The position numbers and the translations under genes were made by a program. The notes below the pieces were generated by a model. The model saw only the letters and a list, made by a program, of their open reading frames with translations. It searched no databases and was not told the DNA's origin. From positions 870,001-902,000 of the forward strand of contig NZ_OZ034918.1 of NCBI RefSeq assembly GCF_964030745.1: a DNA stretch of 32,000 bases. Reading direction: 5' to 3'. Position 1 is the stretch's first letter; the number at the start of each line of letters is the position of its first letter. Positions 18,164 to 26,819 of the stretch are shown here, piece by piece. The stretch comes from Candidatus Saccharimonadota bacterium. GTDB taxonomy: Bacteria > Bacteroidota > Bacteroidia > Cytophagales > Amoebophilaceae.

Positions 18164-21100
18164 ATGGTACCATTTTTTAATATACCACTTTATATGGTGG
18201 TTGTTTTTCTGTTATTGACTTTAGTAGTAGGTGTCTATTTTAGTCAAAAAATCACCTCATTTCGGCAATATGCGGTAGGAGACAAACAGTTTGCTACAGC
18301 TACTTTGGTGGCCACTGTATTGGCTACTGCTTATGGAGGAGGAGGGTTAATACGTAATGTACAGCAAGTACATAACCTTGGCCTTTACTGGATCATTTTG
18401 GATCTTTTGGCTGGATTTGATCTATATATTATTAGTAAGCTAGCGCTATATATGGGTCGGTTTATGTGTCATCTTTCTATGCCAGAAACAATAGGTAGTG
18501 TATATGGTAAATATGCACGAATGATTACAGCGCTATCTGGTATTTGTGATGCTATTGCGATAATTGCTGGGCAAATCAGTGTAATGTCTTTGTCTATCAG
18601 CATGTGTTTAGATTCGGTACATCCCAAAGCGATTACCGTTATGGTTACAGTGATCCTTATTTTTTATTCTAGTTTTGGAGGTATTCGTGCGGTTGCTTTT
18701 ACAGATGTACTACAATTTATAACCTTTACGGTCATTATTCCCACTTTAGCATGGTTTATGTTTAAAAGTACAGGCAAATCAGTTGCAGAAATCATTCCTT
18801 TTTTACAAAGTCAAGAAAAATTTCAATTTAGTAAAGTTTTTCATTTTGACATGAATTTGCTAGGTATGGGGTTGCTTGTACTGAGCTTTTTAATGGGTTA
18901 TATAGAGCCGCCAACCATACAACGGGTCTATATGTCTTCTAGTTCCATTCAAGCTGGAAAGGTTTTTTCATACGCTACGCTTTTCAGCTTTGTAATAACC
19001 ATTTTTATCATGCTCATTGGTTTATTTGTCTTTGCAGGTGCGCCAGAACTACCAGTAACTGCTATTTGGGGCTATATCATGGCACATGTTCCACCTGTTT
19101 TTAAAGGAATGGTTTGTATCAGTTTACTGGCTATGGCGATGTCCACAGCTGACTCTAAATTAAACTCTTGTTCGATTATGATTAGCCATGACATGCTACA
19201 AAGCATCCGAAGCCCTAAGAAAGCTCCTTATGTCCACCAGCTTCGGTTGGCTACGTGTACCAGTGTCCTGATCGGTCTGTTGGCCATGATATTGACTTTT
19301 TATTGTAATGATCTATTGAATTTGCTCAAGTTAAGTTTAGATTTGTCACTACCTGTTGCAACTGCTCCTTTTATATTAGCGGTTTTCGGCTTTCGGGGTA
19401 CTTCCAGAACCGCTTTGATTGGTATGAGTACTGGTATTGTTTCTATTTTAGCTTGGGACAGGTGGATTGAGCCCCAAGCAGGCATCAATGGTTCTTTTAT
19501 TTGTATGTTGGCCAATGGTCTGGCTATGCTAGCTGCACACTATCTACTCAAACAACCAGAAAGTGCAGGCTGGGTTGGGCCAGATAATGATTGGATCCAA
19601 ATGAAACAAGTCCATGCCCGTAAGAAGAACGCGCAGAAAGAGGCCATTAAAAATAAATTGGTATGTATCAAACATGCTTTGGCTAAGCTGCAACCCAGTA
19701 AAGAGCAGCTAATATTTTTAGGGCTTTATGTGGTCATCACGAATTTGCTGGTTTATTTTGTAGCCGCTATTACAGATCATGCCGATTGGCTGATACCACA
19801 ACTTTTAGTAGGTGCGTGTTTTTTAGGGTGTAACACATTTTTTGCAGAACAGGTCAAAGCTGTTCCGGGTTGGGTGGTTGGTCTACTTTGGTTAATGGGA
19901 TTATCTTTTTGCCTTCTTATCAATCTGCTTTGGCATTGGTGGCATGGCACCCCGCTTTTCTTGAATATAGGCTTGTCTTTAGTCCATTTAGCGGTTACCT
20001 TATTGTTGCTTCCGTTACATTTGGGTGTGCGTTTTTTAGGGATTACCCTATTCCTGATTATCTGTCTCAGTTCCATTTATTATACCAAGCCACTGGTGTT
20101 GGCATTGTCGCCATCAGGTGTGGTATGGGTGCTGTTGCTCTGTTTGGGTTTAGGTTTGGTGATTTTTAGCTTTTTTATTTGTATGAAGGCGAAGATAAAT
20201 AGCTGCTTTGAGCAAGTAGGCTATCTCAGGGATAGGGAGCAGGTTGGTGCATCTAAACAACTCAAACAAGCGCTCTATGATGCAGCTATGGTGCCTGTTA
20301 CTGGCTTTAGTGCGCCTAAAAGATATGGTTCTATTTTAGGAAAGGTAGTGCATAAAATTGAGGAATCTATTTCCTTTTTAGATAGCAATATGCCTCTTTA
20401 TAAACAAGATTTTCAGAGTATTATAAATAAGTTATATGATTGGATAGCCTATTTCAATAAGAAAGAAAAGGCTAAATATCATCTATTGTTACAGCCTACT
20501 AAAATTAGCTTAGATAAGTTGATGCATAAATTAGAGTTTGCTTTGTCGCAAGAGGCGGCCCGTCCACCTAGGCTATTGGTAGAAAAAACAAGTGACGTTA
20601 GTGGTGGGTTATGTACGCATATTATATGTGATGTAAACCAGGTGGTTTATTCGTTGGTTAACGCTGTTCTACGGGTTAGTGAGCGGCTAGATGGCCCAAG
20701 CCCGCCAATGGTTAGCATACAATTGCATGCCACCTCTTTGCAGTTTAAGCAAGCAGATTCTATTGATGGTAGCTATCCCTCTTTTATGCTTTTTCAAGCT
20801 ACTGGACTAGTAGTAAGTAACGCTACTGTCGCTTCTAACGTCCTGCCTAAGGTTAAGCCTTTGTACGATGATAGGGTAGGGGAGATCGACTTTGAAGAGG
20901 AGCAGGGAGTGGCCCCATCGATAGACTTGCAGAAAGAAGCCATATCCAGTATGATTCATGCCCACTATGGGTATATGGAATATCCTGTTAGTGGCCACCA
21001 ACAAGCTATACTCTTAGTACTACCTAATGATGTTACAGCAATTCGTGATAGGATGATGGTCAAGCTACCTATGGATTGTTTACACGCAGCAGCTCCTGTT

Positions 21101-21745
21101 ACGCCTAAGGAGCAAGCTGATTCGATGATGGTATTGATGCAATTCTATGATTATGTCTGCAAATCCTCTTATGCAGTAGATCCTATTGATGCAAGTACCA
21201 TTTCAAATCTGCTTTTATTACTCAGGCAGTACTTTGGCCTTAAGCGTCATGCTTCGGGCCAACTGTTTTATGTCCGGTCGGTAGGCATTGCTGAACTGGT
21301 CGTAGAGTGGGTGTTTCATTCTCCTAAGGTAATTTATGCTTCTTTGCTCTATGAGTTGGTGCGTCATACCTGTTTACCGCTTTCTTATGTTAAACAACAT
21401 TATAATTTGGGTGTATATGCCTTTGTATTGAATGTGATAAGTATAGATAAACGCCAAGCGCTAGATCATCCCTCCTTGCTTTATGTGCAGAATCGTTTGA
21501 AAGAGGCTATTAAGGAAGATCATGTACAGCTTTCTGTTCTTTTCATTAAACTAGCCGAACGGCTCTATGACCTACGTCATGCAGCAGGTTATACCATGCT
21601 GGAGGAGGTTAAATATATGGCTCATGAAACCCTGGCAGTAGATGTTGAACTGGCTAAGCAATATTTGGCTCCTGAAATAGCAGCAGCATTGGCTGCTGCA
21701 GCCGGTCAGGCATTGCAGATCTGCCATCGAAAAACAATGAGATAG
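18164..21745 (+). CDS. Multidomain membrane protein: N-terminal sodium:solute symporter (SSF) domain, a second TM block, a degenerate His-kinase-like module and a degenerate RelA/SpoT-type HD-like C-terminus
   Basis: aa 1-470 carry SSF motifs (FGGIRAVAFTDVLQF, LLAMAMSTADS). aa 515-680 add about 5-6 TM helices. aa 725-965 resemble DHp/HATPase_c (ICDVNQVVYSLVNAVLRVSE) but lack G-boxes. aa 1005-1175 resemble the SpoT hydrolase domain (RHASGQLFY, ASLLYELVRHT, FIKLAERLYDLRHA, AHETLAVDVELAKQY) with catalytic residues replaced. Confidence 0.85.
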   Translation: MVPFFNIPLYMVVVFLLLTLVVGVYFSQKITSFRQYAVGDKQFATATLVATVLATAYGGGGLIRNVQQVHNLGLYWIILDLLAGFDLYIISKLALYMGRFMCHLSMPETIGSVYGKYARMITALSGICDAIAIIAGQISVMSLSISMCLDSVHPKAITVMVTVILIFYSSFGGIRAVAFTDVLQFITFTVIIPTLAWFMFKSTGKSVAEIIPFLQSQEKFQFSKVFHFDMNLLGMGLLVLSFLMGYIEPPTIQRVYMSSSSIQAGKVFSYATLFSFVITIFIMLIGLFVFAGAPELPVTAIWGYIMAHVPPVFKGMVCISLLAMAMSTADSKLNSCSIMISHDMLQSIRSPKKAPYVHQLRLATCTSVLIGLLAMILTFYCNDLLNLLKLSLDLSLPVATAPFILAVFGFRGTSRTALIGMSTGIVSILAWDRWIEPQAGINGSFICMLANGLAMLAAHYLLKQPESAGWVGPDNDWIQMKQVHARKKNAQKEAIKNKLVCIKHALAKLQPSKEQLIFLGLYVVITNLLVYFVAAITDHADWLIPQLLVGACFLGCNTFFAEQVKAVPGWVVGLLWLMGLSFCLLINLLWHWWHGTPLFLNIGLSLVHLAVTLLLLPLHLGVRFLGITLFLIICLSSIYYTKPLVLALSPSGVVWVLLLCLGLGLVIFSFFICMKAKINSCFEQVGYLRDREQVGASKQLKQALYDAAMVPVTGFSAPKRYGSILGKVVHKIEESISFLDSNMPLYKQDFQSIINKLYDWIAYFNKKEKAKYHLLLQPTKISLDKLMHKLEFALSQEAARPPRLLVEKTSDVSGGLCTHIICDVNQVVYSLVNAVLRVSERLDGPSPPMVSIQLHATSLQFKQADSIDGSYPSFMLFQATGLVVSNATVASNVLPKVKPLYDDRVGEIDFEEEQGVAPSIDLQKEAISSMIHAHYGYMEYPVSGHQQAILLVLPNDVTAIRDRMMVKLPMDCLHAAAPVTPKEQADSMMVLMQFYDYVCKSSYAVDPIDASTISNLLLLLRQYFGLKRHASGQLFYVRSVGIAELVVEWVFHSPKVIYASLLYELVRHTCLPLSYVKQHYNLGVYAFVLNVISIDKRQALDHPSLLYVQNRLKEAIKEDHVQLSVLFIKLAERLYDLRHAAGYTMLEEVKYMAHETLAVDVELAKQYLAPEIAAALAAAAGQALQICHRKTMR

Positions 21746-21981
21746 GTTGCCTTTATAGGCTTAACTCGGGGTTAGTCTGATTTTTATTTTAATGCTTCAA
21801 AAGGATTTTTTATAAAAAATTGTTAGATTATATGTCCTGATTTTTTTTTAGTGCAGGCATAATCATTATTCAGCTCCTTGTAGCACTTTTTAAGGTCCCA
21901 ATTCATGTTCCTATACTAGGCAAGGTGCTGTAATGGTTAGCAACCTATAAGCACCTCCTGACATAAAGTTTAAGTATCGAT

Positions 21982-22605
21982 ATGGATAAAAAAAACAAAC
22001 ATGGGGATACTCCACTGCATGTGGCAGCTTTTGAAGGTGATCGACAAAAAGCTCAATTATTGTTGCAAGATAAAAGCAATGATGTGAATGCAAGAAATAA
22101 CTATGACAACACACCGATACATTATGCCGTTTCCCAGGAACATGTGGAGGTACTCGAGGCACTGTTAGAAGGATCAACCGCTATTGATGTAAATGCAGTA
22201 GATAAGGATACCTACGCGCCACTTCATTATGTATCATACAAAGGTCATTTAGAGATGACCCAAGCATTGTTGCAGAATACAAATATTGATGTAAATATCA
22301 AAGATAAGTATGAAAATGCCCCATTGCATTATGCAGCATTTGAAGGTCATCTAGAGGTGCTTAAGGCGTTACTGGCAAGCAAGGATATTGATGTCAATAT
22401 TAAAAACCAACATGAGAATACCCCATTATATTATGCAGCATCTAAAGGTCATCTGCAGGTCGTTAAGACATTAGTGGATATTACAGGTATTCAGATAATG
22501 GTAAAAAATAAGTATGGTAGAACGCCACTTGATACAGCTACCTGGAACAACCATTTTGGTTGTTTGGATGTGTTGTATAATGCAGTGCATCAAAAAGAGA
22601 TATAG
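21982..22605 (+). CDS. Ankyrin-repeat protein (about 6 ANK repeats), eukaryote-like
   Basis: Repeating units GDTPLHVAAFEGD, NTPIHYAVSQEHVEVLEALL, YAPLHYVSYKGHLEMTQALL, NAPLHYAAFEGHLEVLKALL, NTPLYYAASKGHLQVVKTLV and RTPLDTATWNNHFGCLDVL. No signal peptide. Confidence 0.9.
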   Translation: MDKKNKHGDTPLHVAAFEGDRQKAQLLLQDKSNDVNARNNYDNTPIHYAVSQEHVEVLEALLEGSTAIDVNAVDKDTYAPLHYVSYKGHLEMTQALLQNTNIDVNIKDKYENAPLHYAAFEGHLEVLKALLASKDIDVNIKNQHENTPLYYAASKGHLQVVKTLVDITGIQIMVKNKYGRTPLDTATWNNHFGCLDVLYNAVHQKEI

Positions 22606-22731
22606 TGGTTATTTCAACTGACTAGCCTTTAAATCCCTAAAAAATTTCGATAACTTAAGGTTTACAATTAAATTTATGGAAGTGATTTGGGTCTGTAATG
22701 TTCTTTGTATCTATCATTCACACTTTTCTTG

Positions 22732-23253
22732 ATGGCATTTCTTCGTTTTGTGAAGTATATACCACAGACAACCTGTTTGTATGTTTTTTGGGTTTCCTTT
22801 GTTATGGGTGGATGTGGCACAGAGGGTGGCATACAAAAGGTCTATACTTTTCCTAAAAGTGAGTGGCATATAGCCAATGGATTGCTTTTTGAATGCCAGG
22901 TGAGTGATACGAAGCCATCCTATGATATAATTATATCTGTTGATTACACAGCTACCTATCCTTATCAAAATCTCTATATAAAATATGATTTGGAAGGAGC
23001 AGAAACTTCAGAAAGTGGCGTGGTAGCATTGCAATTGTTTGATAGGAAGCGGGGCTGGCCGTTGGGATCTGGTTGGGGAGCATGCAAGCGCTATCAATTG
23101 TGTCTATTGTCTGGTTATAATTTTAAAAAAACGGCTGCCTATACCGTTCAGTTGGTACATGCTATGCGCCAAGATACTTTAGCAGGCATAGTGCGTATAG
23201 TGCTAAGCATAAAGCCTCATGCTAAGACCAATAAGAGATCTAGCCTAGTATAA
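22732..23253 (+). CDS. gldH: GldH-like gliding-motility/T9SS-associated lipoprotein
   Basis: Lipobox VMGGC. The pattern W....F.f.v.d....Y.i.i....YPYQNLY followed by G-rich loop and MR...L.GI resembles the GldH family as I recall it. About 170 aa, the typical size. ATG 22732 is preferred over TTG 22705. Confidence 0.55.
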   Translation: MAFLRFVKYIPQTTCLYVFWVSFVMGGCGTEGGIQKVYTFPKSEWHIANGLLFECQVSDTKPSYDIIISVDYTATYPYQNLYIKYDLEGAETSESGVVALQLFDRKRGWPLGSGWGACKRYQLCLLSGYNFKKTAAYTVQLVHAMRQDTLAGIVRIVLSIKPHAKTNKRSSLV

Positions 23254-23340
23254 TTTTAGTGCGAAGGAATTTGAAAAAAAGCGGTCTATTGTTTAGATGC
23301 ATCCTTTTTCCTTATAATTGGTAATAAATATGTTGTATGA

Positions 23341-24057
23341 ATGGTTATGCTGACCGCTAAGCTTTGGAACTTTCTAGTAGTACTATTTAGATCGCTTTTA
23401 TGGTGCATTGTTTCAATGCCCCCTGTTTTTGCAGCGGTGGATGAAAAAGCACTTGAAATTCTTGAAAAAACTTCTGCTTACTATCAAGGATTAGAGAATT
23501 TTAGTGCCATCTACAATCTGACTATTAAATATCCAGAAGAGGATGCGGTTCGGCATGATAAAATGCGCATCACGGCTAGAGGGCAACAATATAGGCTCTC
23601 CTATGACCAAAAAGAGACCATAACAGATGGAGAAACGGTTTGGGTATATGATAAAGCACTAAAAGAAGTGACCATTAGCGAATATGCTAAAACAGATTCT
23701 GATTTAAACTTTGCTGAATTATATAATATCTATCAACAAGGCTATCTATCTGTTTATCTAGGAGAACGTATCGTACACAAAACCAAAAATATAATACGTG
23801 ATATCGTCCAGTTAACGCCTGTTCAAGAGGAGAGTAGTTTTAAAAGTATTACACTGGAAGTGGACCGTACTACCTCACAAATTCATAGATGGGAAGTAGT
23901 ACAAAACGAAGAAACAAGGTATATTTGTACAGTTTGTAAGTTTTCTGTCAATATGCCGCTATCAGATGCTTATTTTACATTTGATATAGGTGCACATGGA
24001 GACTTAGAGGTAATAGATCTACGAGAAGGTGAAGAAGAGATTGATTTAGGTGAGTAG
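23341..24057 (+). CDS. LolA-like outer-membrane lipoprotein carrier family protein
   Basis: Signal peptide ending VFA|AV. LolA-like N-terminal pattern ALEILEKTSAYYQGLENFSAIY...ITARGQQYRLSYDQKETITDGETVWVYDKALKEVTI. Confidence 0.65.
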   Translation: MVMLTAKLWNFLVVLFRSLLWCIVSMPPVFAAVDEKALEILEKTSAYYQGLENFSAIYNLTIKYPEEDAVRHDKMRITARGQQYRLSYDQKETITDGETVWVYDKALKEVTISEYAKTDSDLNFAELYNIYQQGYLSVYLGERIVHKTKNIIRDIVQLTPVQEESSFKSITLEVDRTTSQIHRWEVVQNEETRYICTVCKFSVNMPLSDAYFTFDIGAHGDLEVIDLREGEEEIDLGE

Positions 24058-24104
24058 TAGGTAGACGATCATCTCATTTCCTTCATCCAAATAATTTACC
24101 ATTT

Positions 24105-24665
24105 ATGGAAATCATTCAACAACATTTAGATCAAGCTGAACGCAGTATGGATAAAGCTTATAGCCATGCACAGGATGCTTTTGCAAAAGTTAATGCTGGG
24201 CGTGCCCTACCTACCATGTTACACCATTTAATGGTAGCCTATTATGGGAATCCAACACCACTCCATCAAATTGCTGCTATTACTACTGCTGATCCACGTA
24301 CTTTGACTGTGCAACCATGGGAACAAAGTACGATTCCCCATATAGAAAAGGCGATTGCAGAAAGTCAGCTTGGATTTTCTACTAGAAATGATGGGCGTAT
24401 GGTGATGGTTACACTGCCTCCTCCTTCTCAGGAAAGACGTAAGAGCCTGGTTAAGCTTATTAAAAGTGAAGCAGAAAAAGGCAGGGTGGTGATTCGCAAC
24501 CTTCGTCGTGATTACAAAGAAATATTAAAAGCTGCACAAAAAGATGGTATACCAGAAGATGCCATAAAAAGAGCAGAGAAAAAATTACAAGAGCTAACAG
24601 ATGGCTACATTGATAAAATAAACCATCTTTTAACGCTTAAAGAGGCAGATGTGATGGCCGTATAG
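24105..24665 (+). CDS. frr: Ribosome recycling factor
   Basis: 186 aa. Typical RRF segments: GRALPTMLHHLMVAYYGNPTPLHQIAAITTADPRTLTVQPWE and PPPSQERRKSLVKLIKSEAEKGRVVIRNLRRD. Confidence 0.95.
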   Translation: MEIIQQHLDQAERSMDKAYSHAQDAFAKVNAGRALPTMLHHLMVAYYGNPTPLHQIAAITTADPRTLTVQPWEQSTIPHIEKAIAESQLGFSTRNDGRMVMVTLPPPSQERRKSLVKLIKSEAEKGRVVIRNLRRDYKEILKAAQKDGIPEDAIKRAEKKLQELTDGYIDKINHLLTLKEADVMAV

Positions 24666-24766
24666 CTGCACTTGCTCATCGCAACTTTTTACAAGGGACG
24701 TTTTTGTGCAGCATGGCCATAGCGCTGAACAAGCATCCCATTATTTTAAACCAATACATAGAGATA

Positions 24767-25516
24767 ATGCTCATAATAGAAGACTTACATGTCAATGTAG
24801 GCGATAAAAAAGTACTCAATGGCATCAATCTTCAAGTAGATGCAGGGCAGGTCCATGCCATTATGGGACCCAATGGTGCAGGTAAAAGTACCTTGGCGGC
24901 TGTTTTGGCTGGTAAAGAAGGCTATGAGATTGTAAAGGGGCGTATCTTATTGCATGGTCAGGAGCTATTGCAGCTAGCACCAGAAGCTAGAGCAGCACTT
25001 GGTCTTTTTCTAGCGTTTCAATACCCTGTTGAAATTCCAGGTGTAACCACCACTAATTTTTTAAAAACCGCTATCAACCAGATAAGAAAACAGAGGGACT
25101 TACCCCCTTTAGATGCGATTGCTTTTTTAGAGCTCTTAAAAGAGAAACGCAAGTTGCTTCATATGGATCATTCCTTGGTGCAGCGTTCCCTAAATGAAGG
25201 TTTTTCAGGAGGTGAAAAAAAAAGAAATGAAATGTTACAAATGGCTATATTAGACCCTTCTTTGGCCATTTTGGATGAGACCGATTCTGGGCTGGATATT
25301 GATGCTTTAACCATTGTATCACAAGCCATTAATCAGTTGCGTCGCGCAACCAATGCGATGGTATTGATTACCCATTATCAAAGACTACTCGATCATGTGG
25401 TTCCCGATTTCGTGCATATTTTTTATGATGGAAAAATCATCCAATCGGGCGATTGTACACTTGCCAAACGGTTGGAAAAAGAAGGGTATGCCTGGATTAC
25501 ACAACTTCCATTATGA
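24767..25516 (+). CDS. sufC: Fe-S cluster assembly ATPase SufC
   Basis: MLIIEDLHVNV start typical of SufC. Walker A GPNGAGKST, signature-like FSGGEKKR, Walker B ILDETDSGLD. The tracked start 24704 adds 21 atypical residues. Confidence 0.93.
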   Translation: MLIIEDLHVNVGDKKVLNGINLQVDAGQVHAIMGPNGAGKSTLAAVLAGKEGYEIVKGRILLHGQELLQLAPEARAALGLFLAFQYPVEIPGVTTTNFLKTAINQIRKQRDLPPLDAIAFLELLKEKRKLLHMDHSLVQRSLNEGFSGGEKKRNEMLQMAILDPSLAILDETDSGLDIDALTIVSQAINQLRRATNAMVLITHYQRLLDHVVPDFVHIFYDGKIIQSGDCTLAKRLEKEGYAWITQLPL

Positions 25517-26784
25517 TGGCATTTACAAATTGGTTGCAAGAGGCCTTTGCAACTTTGCCTGTTACAGCTCCTTTTTATACAGAACGCCTATGGGCATTTA
25601 ACAAACTAACGCATGCTACTTTTATAGAAGGCCAGAAGGAAAGCTATAGAAATCTTCGAGCAACCCTTGCACTATTGACAAGCCAGGCTTACCATTTCAG
25701 TCTACCTGTTGAGCCGGTGCTACCGGTGCAAGTGGCTGGATATGGTGCTACCCAGGCAATCACTTTAACCTTTGTAGATGGTATATGGCGTCCATCTGAA
25801 GCTATCCATTCAGGGGTTCAGTTACATAGGTTCTCTGCCCTACCACTGTTTAAACAAAAAGAGCTATTGACTGCTTATAGGGCTGATATGGGCTCAAGTG
25901 AAGATCTTTTTGTCTTGTTGAATAGGATGTTGGCGCAAGAAAGCTATCTGTTGGAAATTACAGGAGAAGATCCAAAAATGCTGAACCTACAACATATTGT
26001 AACCGATTCCCTTTGCCATGTAGTGCCTCAGTTGTTGGTTAAAGTAGGTGGGTCCAGCCACGTAACCATCATAGAGAACTGGCATACGGCAGCGCCTAAA
26101 GTGCAGCCTTTTGTCAACGCCTTTACCCATATTCTATTAGAAGAAGCTGCCCATCTATCTTACCATACCCTTTATACCGATGCGCCATCATGTTACCAAG
26201 TCAACAGCCTTTATTGTCATCAAAAGGACCATAGCACCTTTGTGCACCATACTTATTCCTTTGGTGCCGCTATGTTGCGCATGTATATTAGGGCGCACAT
26301 AAATGGTAGTCATGCCCATGCTGGTCTATATGGTCTCTCTACGCTTGCTGCAACAGAAAATGTAACACAACAGATTGAAGTCATCCATAGTAAGCCCCAT
26401 AGCCTTAGTAAACAACATTACAAATCTATTTTAGGCGGTCAGTCAATGGGTAGTTTTAGTGGTAAAATTTACCTCACACCTGCTGCACAGCAAACCAATG
26501 CCTATCAAACCAATAATGTACTGATTTTATCTGATGCGGCCCACCATTATGCCAAGCCACAATTGGAAATTTATGCAGATGATGTCAAATGCTCCCACGG
26601 AGCAACGGCTGGGCAATTAGATGAAGGGCAACTATTCTACTTACAAACACGTGGCATAGCGGCTCCCTTAGCCAAAAGATTATTATTAGAAGCTTTTGGT
26701 AGGGAAATCATTGACGCTGTTGAGTTAGCCGCATTGCAGGATTATTTATACGATCAGCTTATAGCAAAGCTTGTAAAATTATAG
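25513..26784 (+). CDS. sufD: Fe-S cluster assembly protein SufD
   Basis: C-terminal SufB/D signature YADDVKCSHGATAGQLDEGQLFYLQTRGI. The start ATG overlaps the sufC stop (ATGA at 25513-25516). Confidence 0.88.
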   Translation: MMAFTNWLQEAFATLPVTAPFYTERLWAFNKLTHATFIEGQKESYRNLRATLALLTSQAYHFSLPVEPVLPVQVAGYGATQAITLTFVDGIWRPSEAIHSGVQLHRFSALPLFKQKELLTAYRADMGSSEDLFVLLNRMLAQESYLLEITGEDPKMLNLQHIVTDSLCHVVPQLLVKVGGSSHVTIIENWHTAAPKVQPFVNAFTHILLEEAAHLSYHTLYTDAPSCYQVNSLYCHQKDHSTFVHHTYSFGAAMLRMYIRAHINGSHAHAGLYGLSTLAATENVTQQIEVIHSKPHSLSKQHYKSILGGQSMGSFSGKIYLTPAAQQTNAYQTNNVLILSDAAHHYAKPQLEIYADDVKCSHGATAGQLDEGQLFYLQTRGIAAPLAKRLLLEAFGREIIDAVELAALQDYLYDQLIAKLVKL

Positions 26785-26819
26785 TATCTTGACCCTATTA
26801 ACCTAGTCAACTACTTCTG

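Noticed and set aside
19777-20169. Antisense and alternative-frame ORFs within the symporter fusion gene (19777-20076 -, 19870-20169 +, 19300-19515 -, 20807-21004 -), and similar internal ORFs in the opp, aspS, TPR, sufS, dnaB and alr genes
   Set aside because: Each is nested in a longer ORF with clear family motifs, and their products have no recognisable features.
21911-22177. 88-aa minus-strand ORF overlapping the start of the ankyrin gene
   Set aside because: The + strand frame encodes textbook ANK repeats. The antisense product is Cys/His-rich noise.
25215-25223. A9 runs inside sufC (25215-25223) and sufS (27540-27548), and a T9 run at 21841-21849
   Set aside because: Poly-A/T runs of this size are expected in an AT-rich genome, and both reading frames are intact. 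They are not comparably unusual to the G9 tract.
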